Source of the DNA: Terriglobia bacterium
GTDB taxonomy: Bacteria > Acidobacteriota > Terriglobia > 2-12-FULL-54-10
DNA: 64,000 nt
Assembly (NCBI GenBank): GCA_963666975.2
Contig: CAXVYR010000003.1
Span: 992,001 to 1,056,000 of the forward strand
Direction of reading: 5' to 3'
In this document: positions 52,733-62,982 of the stretch, piece after piece
How the letters are laid out: every line of letters starts with the position of its first letter
Position numbering within the stretch: position 1 is the first letter of the stretch
Notes under the pieces: generated by a model
What the model was told of the DNA's origin: nothing
Seen by the model: only the letters and a program-made list of their open reading frames with translations
The model's database searches: none
Program-made: the position numbers and the translations under genes

Positions 52733-54061
52733 ATGGGTGAGAGACAAAATCAGCCATTTCAACTCACTTTTAATGCCTCGTTGAAGGTCGCTTTCCACGG
52801 ATCGAGGGTCACCTCCAACGGAGGGTTGATTCTGGTGCGGGAGTTGGACGAACGATTGGGATTCGGTGAACTCATCAAGCAGCACCTAGCCGATCCTCGG
52901 GGGAAGAACACACGGTTGCCCCTCGCGGACCTGCTACGGCAGTCGGTGTACAGTCGCTTGGCTGGATACGAGGATGTGAACGATGCCGAGCAACTCTCAC
53001 GAGATCCGACCTTCCGGCTGATCGGTTCCGAGAAGAATTGGGATCGAGGGGCAGCACTGCCATCCCGGTTGCAAACCTTCGAGACGGAGTTGCTGGCTGA
53101 GGAGGAAAACTTCGCAGGGCTGGCACGGCTGAACCGGGAACTGATCGGCAGGGCAGAAGCAATCGATTCGCCGTACCGGGTAGTGCTCGACATGGACTCG
53201 ACTGAGATCCCGGTCTACGGGGAGCAGGAGCAAAGCGCCTACAACGGGCACTTCGAGTCCACCTGTTATCATCCGGTGCTTCTGTTCAATGGAGGCGGCG
53301 ATTGTCTAGCGGCCAAGCTCCGTGCCGGCAACGTCCATAGTGCCGAAGGCTGGGAAGAACTTCTGTTGCCGGAGATCGAACGCCAGCAGTTGATGGGGAA
53401 AGAAGTCGTGTTTCGGGCTGACGCGGCCTTTGCCAAGCCGGAGGTTTACGAAGCGTTGGAGGAGCGGGGTGTGAAGTATGCCATCCGCATCCCTTCCAAC
53501 GAGAACCTCCAGCGGGACATCGAGGAGTTGCTGAAACGTCCGGTAGGAAGGCCGGGCCAGAAGCCGTTGGTGGAGTACAAGGGGTTTCTGTACCAAGCCG
53601 AGAGTTGGAAGACGGCCCGACGGGTGGTAGCCAAGGTAGAACATCATCCGGGGGAGTTGTTCCCGCGAGTGGGGTTCATTGTCACGAATCTGCCCCTTCC
53701 GAGTCGGGCGGTGGTGCGTTTCTATAATAAGCGAGGGACAGCAGAGCAGTGGATTAAGGAAGGCAAGCAGGCGGTGAAGATGACGCGGCTCAGTTGCCAT
53801 CGGTTCCGCTCCAACGAGGTACGGCTGTGGCTGACCATCATTGCCTATAATCTGGGAAATCTTTGGCGGCGGCTGGTGCTGCCACAGAGAATCGGGAACT
53901 GGTCCCTGACGAGCTTGCAGCAGCGGTTGGTGAAAACCGGAGGACGCCTGATTAAGCATGCCCGCTACTATTGGCTATTGCTGGCAGAGAGCCATCTGAC
54001 GAGACGTTTATTTGCTAGCATGCTGGGGCGAATAGATGGGCTGTCGCTTCCGTCGGGATAG
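52733..54061 (+). mobile_element. IS1380 family transposase
   Basis: TS.GG, GYED.ND, LDMDST, YHP, R.GN, RADA.F, FYNKRG.AEQ.IKE. Confidence 0.93.
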
Positions 54062-54298
54062 CCTAGCCTGCGGCGCACCCAAGAAAATGATTCCGATATC
54101 CCCCAGGCATGGAGAGGTGTCTGCAAAAGCTGGTTCTGGAAGCCGAGGCGATGGGTTTTGGGGACTCGGAAAGAGCGGCTGGAAGCCGCTGGCAGTATCT
54201 CGGAGAAAATATTTGTCTGGAAGGGCTCAATTGAAGGCCAACGGATGTATGCTCACGAGTCGGATGGGCCAAAAAACTAATTCCGGTAGAATGAGGAC

Positions 54299-54565
54299 AT
54301 GAGCACCGCACCCGCGAAGCAGCACGGGCGCGCCAGTACTGTCGCGGCGATTCGTAGTTTTCTCCTAGCCATCTTCCTCCTCGGGTTGCTCGGCACGGGC
54401 GCGGAGTTGCTGCTGGTGAAGCATACGGAGGAAGCATGGCAATGGGTCCCGCTGCTGCTGATCCTGACCAGTCTCCTCGTGCTCGGATGGCACGCAGCCG
54501 ATCGGCGGGCAGCAAGCCTGCGGGTTTTCCAGGCTAAGATATTGAAAAACCAATTGCGTCATTGA
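54299..54565 (+). pseudogene. Truncated membrane protein fragment
   Basis: Two TM segments with 'ELLL..H.E..Q..P' then an abrupt switch to AT-rich sequence. Confidence 0.45.
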
Positions 54566-54786
54566 TAAGTTTCAGCTGTATCAAATGATTTGGTTTGGTG
54601 CGGCTTCCTCCAGGTATTCGATCAGCCTGCTGGAGGTAAATCTTATAGCAAAGCTGCCACTGCAACCGGAAAACCTAGGTGTGTATAACCGGACCGATTT
54701 GGCAGACTTCTCGGTCGTGGGAGGGGATAAGATGAACAGCCGGAAGTATGCTTAAGGAAATGAGCTTGCAGAATCAGGAGGGGAAC

Positions 54787-55608
54787 ATGGATTGCTTGCG
54801 CAGCACAGGCACGTTGATCGTTGCCGGACCGAGTCGCGATGGTTTGATCATTGCCGCCGATACGTGTGCCACACTCCCTGATGGCCAAAAATACTCCAAA
54901 CACAAGCTGATTATCCTGACCCGGCCGCGCCGTACCGTCCTAGCCGTCGCCGGCACTGTCGTCATTCATCCCGATCCGCCTGAGGGGACTACTGACATTA
55001 TTGACTTCATACATAAAACTAAACCATTGTTGGACCTTGAAGAGGTGGCCCATGATTGCTTAGAGGCCGGACCGGATGAACTCACAGAAGAAATTATTCG
55101 CAATACAGCGGCAGCCTGCACAGAAGCCGCAAATGAATTGATTCGGAATCATCCTGAGGTGCTGACGAAGCTCAAACACCCCGACTTCTTCCATTTGATG
55201 GTCACCAGCTTCCAGCCCAGCACAGGTAAATCGACCATCGGCACCTGTCGTGCATGCGTCGAGAATGGAGTACTTCGGACCTTAGAACCTAAGTGGATCG
55301 AGTTTGAGCCGTCAAGTGTTTTCGACACCCTCTTCATCGGCGAGTCAAAATGGGTAAAAGAGGAAGTCGTACCTCAACCTGAATTCATGGAAATAGCCTG
55401 CAAATGTGGAGTGGGATCGAGTAGTGTTGCCGATACAACCCTCGAAACCTCAGAGAAGGTGTGCGTCGCAATCATCGAACTGGCCGCGAAGACCGCCGCC
55501 AGCAGCCGCTATCCACCATCATCCGGAATAGAACCGCCGATTGACGTTCTTTTTATCGGAGAAAAAGAGCCACCGGTGAAGCGCCAATGGGCATCATTCG
55601 ACAATTAG
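54787..55608 (+). CDS. Proteasome-beta/Ntn-hydrolase-like protein
   Basis: RSTG|TLIVAG..RDGLIIAADT...K spacing (Thr1, Asp17, Lys32); AGGAGG RBS. Confidence 0.6.
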   Translation: MDCLRSTGTLIVAGPSRDGLIIAADTCATLPDGQKYSKHKLIILTRPRRTVLAVAGTVVIHPDPPEGTTDIIDFIHKTKPLLDLEEVAHDCLEAGPDELTEEIIRNTAAACTEAANELIRNHPEVLTKLKHPDFFHLMVTSFQPSTGKSTIGTCRACVENGVLRTLEPKWIEFEPSSVFDTLFIGESKWVKEEVVPQPEFMEIACKCGVGSSSVADTTLETSEKVCVAIIELAAKTAASSRYPPSSGIEPPIDVLFIGEKEPPVKRQWASFDN

Positions 55609-56014
55609 GCATCTGAGAAATGTTAGATTGAGCCGGCGAGGTTGTGTTGGGTGCTGTCTTGGCCTGGAGCACCGCCTGGACCCTTCCAAGGCTCTCAGAT
55701 GCCTCCCACCGTTCGCCAAATGATTCTAGGCCCCGTGTGAAGTTTCACACGGATACAGTAGGGCTGGTCCTGCCGGGAGTTTTAGCTTTTCCAACGCCCT
55801 TCCACCCGTTCCTGTGTGTGCTGCCACATTGTCGCGGGTGTCACCTTGGAAGCTCCCAGTAACTTACCGGAACTTTTCCCGCCGGATTGCCATTATCAAA
55901 GTAAGAGCCAAATAGTACCGGACACTGTCCATGGTCAAGCAGCCTAAGCCGGAGTTTCAGTCTTAGTATGATTTTTGATTGTGACCATGAAGAAGAAAGA
56001 TTGAGTGTTATTTT

Positions 56015-57292
56015 GAGGGTGTCCCATACATAGTTGAAGGTTGAACGGCGGTTCGGCCCGAATCGAATAGAATCGGGCCAAGCCTTCCTATAGAAGGAGA
56101 ACCGCCGAATGAAGGGAAAATATCACGTTTTGGAACTGGGTTCCAAGGGAGCCGAAGAAACCATCCAGAAGTTTTGCCAAACCAACGGACAGATGCTGTT
56201 GCCGGTGGTGGATCTGATCACGGAGGCGCGTCTGGCGGTGGATGAGGTGATTGATCGGGCCGGGCGAGGTTTGATTGAAAATTCTGAGCATGAGCGCAGA
56301 GCAAATCGCGGGGCCAAAGAGTCCCGGGAAGGCGAGCGGAGAGGTGCGCTGGCATGGCCGGCAATTGGGGAGGGTGAAACTGGCCGATCGCCAGCTGCGG
56401 GTGGAGCGGCCCCGGCTGCGCCGGAAGGGCGGAGGGGAAGAAGTGCCGGCCTTGCGGAAAAGCGAGAAGACGGGCGAGGAGATGTTCGAGGCACTGTTGA
56501 AAGGGGTTTCGACGCGGCTGTGACTGGGGTGTCGAAGTCTCAGGTTGGAAGAACTGTTGGCGCGGCGCTGGGAGGAGGTCCTGGTGATTTACCTGGACGG
56601 AATGCCGGCTTCATCAGCGCCGTGGGCGTGGACAGCGAGGGCTGTGCTGGGGATTCAACTGGGCGCGACCGAAAACGCCGCTGCGGTGAAAGACCTTCTC
56701 ACCCGCCTGCGCCAGCAAGGTTTGATCAGCGCTATCTGTTTGTGTCAAAGCGCTCCGCGCCGAGGAAGTATTCGGCAGCAATCAAGCGTTGCCCCAGCTG
56801 CGCAACGTGGCTGAGCGGTTACCAAAGGGCGACAAAATGCTGGCGAACAGGTGCGGTCGCTGATGCGCCCGCCTGGGATTGCCGAGGAGGCATCGTGCGC
56901 ATTCGCTGGGATGATCGAGTGCGATCATCCGGCAGCAGCCGCCAGCTTGCGCGAAGGGTTGGAGGAGACCTTTACGATCAATCGAGCCGACGTTCCTCCC
57001 AGCCTCCACCGCTGCCTGGCAACCACGAACCTCATCGAGAGCCCGCAGTCGGGCGTGCGGAAAAAGACTGGCAATGTTTGCCGCTGGCGCGACGGCGAGA
57101 TGACGTTGCGCTGGGTGGCAGGAGCGTTTCTGCTGACCGAGAAGAATTTCCGGAAGATCATGTTATCAATCTCTGGGCTTTGGCATCGATTCTCGGCCGA
57201 AGTCCAAACGCTGCTTCCTCTCACAAGGAGGAAGTGGCGTAATATGAACTCAACCCGCCGTCCCAACCTGCAACTGAGTTTGGGACACCTTC
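56015..57292 (+). mobile_element. Decayed IS256-family element with frameshifted transposase
   Basis: IRs GAGGGTGTCCCA / GAAGGTGTCCCA, 8-bp target duplication GTTATTTT on both sides; fragments GVSTR, YLDG, EN....DL...G, TTN.IES in different frames. Confidence 0.88.
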
Positions 57293-57403
57293 GTTATTTT
57301 TTCACGCAGGATTTAGTTTAAGTGAGGATAAAGTTGCATAATGGAGTTTCGGTCCTAATCCCAGCCGGTCAGGCAACTACCGGAACTGTTGAGAGTGTCG
57401 GGC

Positions 57404-57730
57404 TTATGCTTCGATACTGAGCCTGCCCTGTCGCGATGAACGGGGCTCTCGAATGACGATTTCCACATCACGCCCAAGTGCCGTCAACAGGCGCAGGAGG
57501 CGCTCAATGGAATACTCCCGAAAGCTTCCCCGTAGGAGGCGCGAAACGTCGGGTTGGGACAGTCCAAGCAACTTCGCCGCCTCGACCTGCTTGAATCCGC
57601 GCTGGCGAACGATCTTGTCAATGCGGGTGACGAGCTCTGCCTTTAACAGGTGAGCCTCGGCGTCAGGACGCCCCAGGTCTGCGAACACGTTGCCGCTGCC
57701 ACGTGTGATCTTCATTTTTTCCGTCTTCAT
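57404..57730 (-). CDS. higA: HigA-like XRE antitoxin (HTH_37)
   Basis: SGNVFADLG, Q..AA.LLG..QPDVS.L, S.ERL. Confidence 0.85.
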   Translation of the reverse strand: MKTEKMKITRGSGNVFADLGRPDAEAHLLKAELVTRIDKIVRQRGFKQVEAAKLLGLSQPDVSRLLRGSFREYSIERLLRLLTALGRDVEIVIREPRSSRQGRLSIEA

Positions 57731-57734
57731 TGAT

Positions 57735-58103
57735 CTACTCTTCGCCATAGGTTTTCGTGTAGTGCTGCTCCGCTGCCTTCAGCCTGTGCTTGACCAGATC
57801 GATCTCTTGCTTTGGTGTTGCGATGCCCCGCTTGGCTTTCTTTTGGAAGGCATGCAGGACATAAACGGCGGCCTTGAACCGCACCGTGTACACCGCCCGG
57901 TAGGTGTCGCCGTCGTGACTTGAGACGATCTCTAGGACATGGGCGCCCAACCCCTTGAGCGGTTTGGCATCGCGGTGTTTGAGTCCGGCCTGGGCCTGGT
58001 ATAGAGCAAAGCCAGCCTGATCCTGCACGGCGGCTGGAAACTTCTTGAGGTCTCCTTTGCTTGAGCCGACCCATTCGACCGGCTTCAGCACCTCTTTGGG
58101 CAT
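57735..58103 (-). CDS. higB: RelE/HigB (Gp49-like) toxin
   Basis: W.GSS..DL..FP, K.LKG.G..V.EI, YR.VY, YVLHAFQKK. Confidence 0.88.
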   Translation of the reverse strand: MPKEVLKPVEWVGSSKGDLKKFPAAVQDQAGFALYQAQAGLKHRDAKPLKGLGAHVLEIVSSHDGDTYRAVYTVRFKAAVYVLHAFQKKAKRGIATPKQEIDLVKHRLKAAEQHYTKTYGEE

Positions 58104-58640
58104 CTCTAAATATAGCGGTATAACCATATTTCTGCAAGCGCCATTTTGACGGCAGGTGCACCAACGTAACTTGCAACCACGCCTCTCTCATCACTGATCC
58201 GTGGTCCTAACGTATCCGAACAGGAGGCCCCCCCAGTACCTGCCTCACCGGATTGGTTTCATCGGCAGCGCGACGGTGACCCGACCGGGGATTTTTGTAC
58301 CACCGAAAGTGAGAGAGAAATCTCATGAAGTAGGGTACAACAAAGCCGGCCAGGTCAGTCCCGCTAAGTCGGACTGCAGGTGCCGAAAGGTCTAGATCAA
58401 AATCGATTCTTGCGAAAGGGATTTGATGAATGTAGGTGACGATTTCGTGGGGAGTAATGCCTGGTTACGAGGTGTGAGTAAACTGTGTAAGGACTTGCGA
58501 GAGCCGATTTACGACCGTGACAAAACCGTGACAAAACCCCCGAATCTGAATCGGTTGGGATTAGCTTTGAGCGAAAAGCAGAGTCCCTAAGTTATTGAAC
58601 AATATAGAAGCAGATAGAAGCAATAGAGAGGGGTTCAGTG

Positions 58641-58680
58641 CTTGTAAGGCAGGTGCTCTAACCAACTGAGCTACCGGCCG
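58641..58680 (-). other. tRNA-Val(TAC) 5' half (att-like remnant), copy 2
   Basis: 33 bp (58641-58673) identical to 50120-50152; different acceptor-stem bases. Confidence 0.85.
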
Positions 58681-58991
58681 CCAGCCCCGGAAACGATCTT
58701 TCCGTTACCGCCGGGTTCCGCTCTGTTCCACCCGACTGCAACGGCTCATGGACTAACATAAAAAGTGGACCAACAACCGGGGGCAGGTCACCGTCATCTG
58801 CATAAGCTCTCGGGCGCGCAGAGTGGAAAATGGATCCGGTGAGCATTATCACGCTACAGGGGTTTGGACGCAAAAGACCGCATGGATCCGCAATACTCAC
58901 CTTGAAGTTGGTACGAAATCTCGGGACCCCTCATACATATCCTGCTCGTCCACTGGCAACTTCTGTTCCTAGCTGAATCTGGCGATCGTTG

Positions 58992-59432
58992 TTATCCCGC
59001 GTCTGCGCCCGTAAGCACATATTCGAACCGGTCACATTCTCGTGCCAGCGTCTCGATGTAGAGATCGAGCTCCTCATGATCGAGAGTCGCAGCCGGGACC
59101 TCGATCAGCCCGATGAGCCGGTCGTCGTCATCGAAGGCAAACGTGACCAACGGTTTGGAGGCGTTGCGACGCCACGCGCGGTATGCGATGCGGCGCCGAT
59201 GGTCGTTGTTTCGGGTTACGTCCGACGCGGGGAGTATGACAGACCGAAAAACGTACCGGTCTTCATCCCGCGACACGCGAATGGCCTGACTTCGGCCGCT
59301 CTCGTGCAGTTTTACCCGGACAACCTCACCCTCGCGCGTCCATCGACGACCACGCCGTGTAGAAAGCTGGTCGATACGTGAAAGCAGATCTTTCATCGTC
59401 GGCCTTTGTGCTGAAGAGTCATCAGATGTCAT
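58992..59432 (-). CDS. YbjN/type III secretion chaperone-like small protein
   Basis: GRSQ.I.V....Y.F.S.I...W.RN...TLD.EEL..YI..LA...DRFE..LTG.D pattern; overlaps the helicase stop. Confidence 0.65.
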   Translation of the reverse strand: MTSDDSSAQRPTMKDLLSRIDQLSTRRGRRWTREGEVVRVKLHESGRSQAIRVSRDEDRYVFRSVILPASDVTRNNDHRRRIAYRAWRRNASKPLVTFAFDDDDRLIGLIEVPAATLDHEELDLYIETLARECDRFEYVLTGADAG

Positions 59433-62400
59433 CTTGTTCGACCAGTCGGTTTGCCAGCACTCCCGCGGCGCCTACCGTCCTTGTCACGAGCGACTCGAGC
59501 TCTTCGAACTGCGTCGTGTTCGGGTGAAACACGATGTCCCCTTCGACGGAGATCCGATCCGTGCGGTCCGCCGGGTCAGGATGCACACACACCTTGGCAC
59601 ACTTGAGCTCTTGCTGAAGCTCGTACAACTCATCGAGTCGGTTGTCGTCGTGCTCAATTTCCACGGGACCCACTTCGCTGCTGCAATGGAGGAGCGTGGC
59701 GTCCCCTGCCGCCTGCGACCGCAGCTGCAATCGAAAAGGTTGCTCCATGCCTCGCTCGTCCGCGTCTCGGTACATCAGACGGCCCTGCCGCACGAGGGCG
59801 TATCCGCGCCGGAGCAGCGGGTCGGTCGCGCGAAGCGCACGGATGGCGTACCGCTCTTGAAAGCTCGACCACAGTTTGTCAAGGTGCTTCACGTCGGCGT
59901 CTAGATCTCGCCTTACGACAGACGTTGGGTCCATCTCGCCTTCGAGCCACTGCGTCTGAATCGGGAACGCCGGCTTCAGTTCTCCCTCCAGCGGTGGAAT
60001 TGCCTCAAGTTTCTCGAGCATCTCCCGCGCCGTGTTGATGCGGCTGCCGAGCGCCTGCGAATCTGCCTTCTTCTGGTGGATGAGCTGCAGGAACCGGTTG
60101 AGGCGGTGTAAAACTCGACGCACCTGCAGGATCTCCACCGTATCCTGCAGGTGCGGGTAGTACACCTGGAGGAAGTCCGCGGCGTCTGGTTCGGTATTCT
60201 CCCCATCCAGCCGTCGCTGCACCAGTGAACCGATCCGATCGATGCGGCCGGTGCGTTGCTCCATGGCCGACGGGGTCCACGTGATGCCGTAATGGACGAC
60301 CTGCCGGCAGAACGTGTGCAGATCTTCTCCTTCCTGGAGTACGTCTGTGGTGACCAGCGCGAGTGGGAATCCGGGCATGCGGAACTGCGACACGAGGCGC
60401 TTGTTAACGCCGCCAGACATCCGCCCTACCGGAACCTGCCGTTGAAGCGTTAAGCCGAACCACGAGGCCAGCTGATCGAGCTTCCCGGCGGGGACGTCCG
60501 GGAAGTTCACGCCGAGGAGGAGGTCAAAGAATTCCGCTGCCTGCGACAGCTCGTAGTACGCGTGAAAGCCTGGCTGACGAGACTGCGCTTCGAGCAACCC
60601 GGCAAACGCGTATGCCAGATCCCGAACAGGTTCGTCCGATTCGGTCTCTTGCCGAAGCGTAAACGACCCGAGCTGTTTAATCGCTAACAGATAAAGATCG
60701 ATGTAGCTCGCGCCAAGACGCGCCATGGCGCTGAGGAGCTCCCGTCGCTGCTCCCGCCGACGGAATCGATGCCTGAAGTCTCCAGCATCCTCAGGCCAGA
60801 TCTGTCTTCTGAGATCCGGGTGTTTGACCAGTTCGGTAATGAAGCTGGTGAACCCGATCGCCTGTTCGGGACCGGGGAAGCCCGCAGGCGGATCTGCAAT
60901 CCCCCCGCGCGGGTCCGGAAACCTCTCGTCGAGCATGATGCGTGCCTGATCGCCGAGCTGACCTCCTGCTTTCTCGATCAGCTCAAGGGCCGCCTGCTGA
61001 TACGCCAGAAACACGTGAAGGCGCGGGTACCCTTTTTCTTGTTGGGTCAGGTGCGTGAAATGCCGATACGCTCGCGGCCTGAGGCTGTCAACTAGAGCAG
61101 GAAGCGATACGCCGACAATACCGGCGAGTTCGGCCAGTGGATCGGCTGGGCGATCGAGCAGCCAGCTCACGTAGTCGTCTTCGAAGAACGTGGCGTAGAC
61201 GGAACTCTGACTCGAGAGTCGATTCTTCTGAAACGCTGCCCCCGACAACACGCCACGCGGACCACTGCCGCGAAAGAACCACGAAAAGAACGTCTCCGCG
61301 CTGCCATCGTCATCTTCGTCAATGGCCCCTCGTTCTTCGGGAATCTTGGAAGGTTCACTCTCCGCTTCGTCGAGCGGTTTCTTCTGCTGTTGCTCGTCCG
61401 GGCGCCTGGCTCTCTCGCGCGCATATCGTTCGAAAATCTCGTGGATCTTTGGCGCCAGGCCAGGAAGCACCGCCGTCATGCGATCGCAAAGCCAGCGATC
61501 GAAGTGGGCGTTCAGTTTTGCCGCCAGCTCGTCGACCGTTCGAACACGACGAACGAACACCAACACTTTGTCGCCGGTTTCGAACACCGGCGCAAACGAG
61601 TCAGCGGTACTGTCAAGTTTCGGATGCGGCAGCGTGCCGCCAAACTTGGTACGATACGACTCGACCATTGCCGCAATCGCTTTGGTATCGATACCTCGGC
61701 ATTCATCGTCGGTGTCCCCTTGCTTGCCATCGAAGATCGAGGACGGTCCATCCTCATCGTCTGTGACAGTCGCTTCTTGAAGCCCAGCGGGGCGGTTGCT
61801 TCTCCCGATGGTTTCCAAGAAGCTCTCGAACGAGGAGAGCATGCCGATCTGAAAGCTGTTCTTGAACCGTTCGTCACGGAGGATCTCGGCCACCTTCTTC
61901 TGCATCAGCCCGACCACGAGGCGCTGCTTAGGATCTGCGATGCGCATCGGCTCGTCGTGAACCCGGTAGCCACCCTGGCGCCACTCGCGTCGATACATGT
62001 TCTTCGTATAGAGCCGTCCGTTGATTCTCAGACCAGCCACGCGCCGCACCATGAGCCGTCCGAGGATCTTTCGCTTTTCATCTTCGGACACGTCTGCACT
62101 GAGGAGGCGGTCAACGCTAACCGGGTCACTACCGTTCGAGTCCCAGAGCCTGGCCTTTCCGTAGCCGAGCACGTCCAGTTGACGTTGGATCGCGGCATAG
62201 TCATCTTCGAACGGTGTCGCCGAGAGGAGCAGCACGTGCTTTGCCTTGTGACGGTACCAGGAATACCCATTCGCCTTCCCTTCGGGATGGCCAAAGGCAA
62301 ACCCCATCACCCGGTTTCGATTGCTGACGCTGAGGCCAAAGCCGTGTTTGAGGTTGTGGGCTTCGTCAATCACCAGGAGATCGACCGGTGGCATGGCTGC

Positions 62401-62982
62401 ATTGATGGCGCAGCCGTAGGCATCACGGAAGGTCTCCGGCGTCTTGGCCGACAGGGTTCCTGATGGCAGCCATCTCACCCGTTTCTGCAGCTTCCGTCGC
62501 AAGCGGCGCCGGCTGTCGGGATCCTTGACTGCGAGGCTAAAGCTGGTCATGCGGAGAAAGAAATCGCGGTCTGCATTGAGTAGGGCTTCGGCGACGAAAT
62601 CAACCAGCGAGTTACAGTACACCGGCTCCCAAGCCGGTTCGCCCTGTAGCGATTTCACGCGGTTACCCGTCAGCTGCCAGTTGAGACGGACGAAGTTCTT
62701 GAGCTCCTTGATCCACTTGCGCTGGATGTTCTCGCGTGGGGCAATGACCATGATGCGTGCGTGAGGATTTAAGTACCGCGTGAGCGCCATGACGCCGAGC
62801 GCCACGTAGGTCTTCCCCATCCCGACCTCGTCGGCCAGATAGGCACACCTGTTCCTCTCGAGCATGTTGAACAACGCCGCAGTCCCTTGTTGCTGCTGCT
62901 CGGCAAAGCCAAATCCGCGGGCCAACTCCGTCGGCGCGAAGTCGATCACTTCTCTGACGAACGAAGGTGTGACGGTGCTCAT
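59422..62982 (-). CDS. SNF2-like SF2 helicase (about 1186 aa) with C-terminal chaperone-like domain
   Basis: LADEVGMGKT, DEAH, LSATP, LVFV, TDV.QEG.DLH, W.P...EQR.GRIDR; ATG overlaps upstream stop (ATGA). Confidence 0.88.
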   Translation of the reverse strand: MSTVTPSFVREVIDFAPTELARGFGFAEQQQQGTAALFNMLERNRCAYLADEVGMGKTYVALGVMALTRYLNPHARIMVIAPRENIQRKWIKELKNFVRLNWQLTGNRVKSLQGEPAWEPVYCNSLVDFVAEALLNADRDFFLRMTSFSLAVKDPDSRRRLRRKLQKRVRWLPSGTLSAKTPETFRDAYGCAINAAMPPVDLLVIDEAHNLKHGFGLSVSNRNRVMGFAFGHPEGKANGYSWYRHKAKHVLLLSATPFEDDYAAIQRQLDVLGYGKARLWDSNGSDPVSVDRLLSADVSEDEKRKILGRLMVRRVAGLRINGRLYTKNMYRREWRQGGYRVHDEPMRIADPKQRLVVGLMQKKVAEILRDERFKNSFQIGMLSSFESFLETIGRSNRPAGLQEATVTDDEDGPSSIFDGKQGDTDDECRGIDTKAIAAMVESYRTKFGGTLPHPKLDSTADSFAPVFETGDKVLVFVRRVRTVDELAAKLNAHFDRWLCDRMTAVLPGLAPKIHEIFERYARERARRPDEQQQKKPLDEAESEPSKIPEERGAIDEDDDGSAETFFSWFFRGSGPRGVLSGAAFQKNRLSSQSSVYATFFEDDYVSWLLDRPADPLAELAGIVGVSLPALVDSLRPRAYRHFTHLTQQEKGYPRLHVFLAYQQAALELIEKAGGQLGDQARIMLDERFPDPRGGIADPPAGFPGPEQAIGFTSFITELVKHPDLRRQIWPEDAGDFRHRFRRREQRRELLSAMARLGASYIDLYLLAIKQLGSFTLRQETESDEPVRDLAYAFAGLLEAQSRQPGFHAYYELSQAAEFFDLLLGVNFPDVPAGKLDQLASWFGLTLQRQVPVGRMSGGVNKRLVSQFRMPGFPLALVTTDVLQEGEDLHTFCRQVVHYGITWTPSAMEQRTGRIDRIGSLVQRRLDGENTEPDAADFLQVYYPHLQDTVEILQVRRVLHRLNRFLQLIHQKKADSQALGSRINTAREMLEKLEAIPPLEGELKPAFPIQTQWLEGEMDPTSVVRRDLDADVKHLDKLWSSFQERYAIRALRATDPLLRRGYALVRQGRLMYRDADERGMEQPFRLQLRSQAAGDATLLHCSSEVGPVEIEHDDNRLDELYELQQELKCAKVCVHPDPADRTDRISVEGDIVFHPNTTQFEELESLVTRTVGAAGVLANRLVEQDDI

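Larger units (their letters stand above)
50177..58934. mobile_element. 8.76-kb segment bounded by 47-bp inverted repeats, no cognate transposase recognised
   Basis: ATGAGGGGTCCCGAGATTTCGTACCAA exact at 50177-50203 and (inverted) 58908-58934; 43/47 identity over 50177-50223 and 58888-58934. Confidence 0.7.

Noticed and set aside
56109-57242. 377-aa ORF as a real protein
   Set aside because: Low-complexity read-through across frameshifted IS256 transposase fragments
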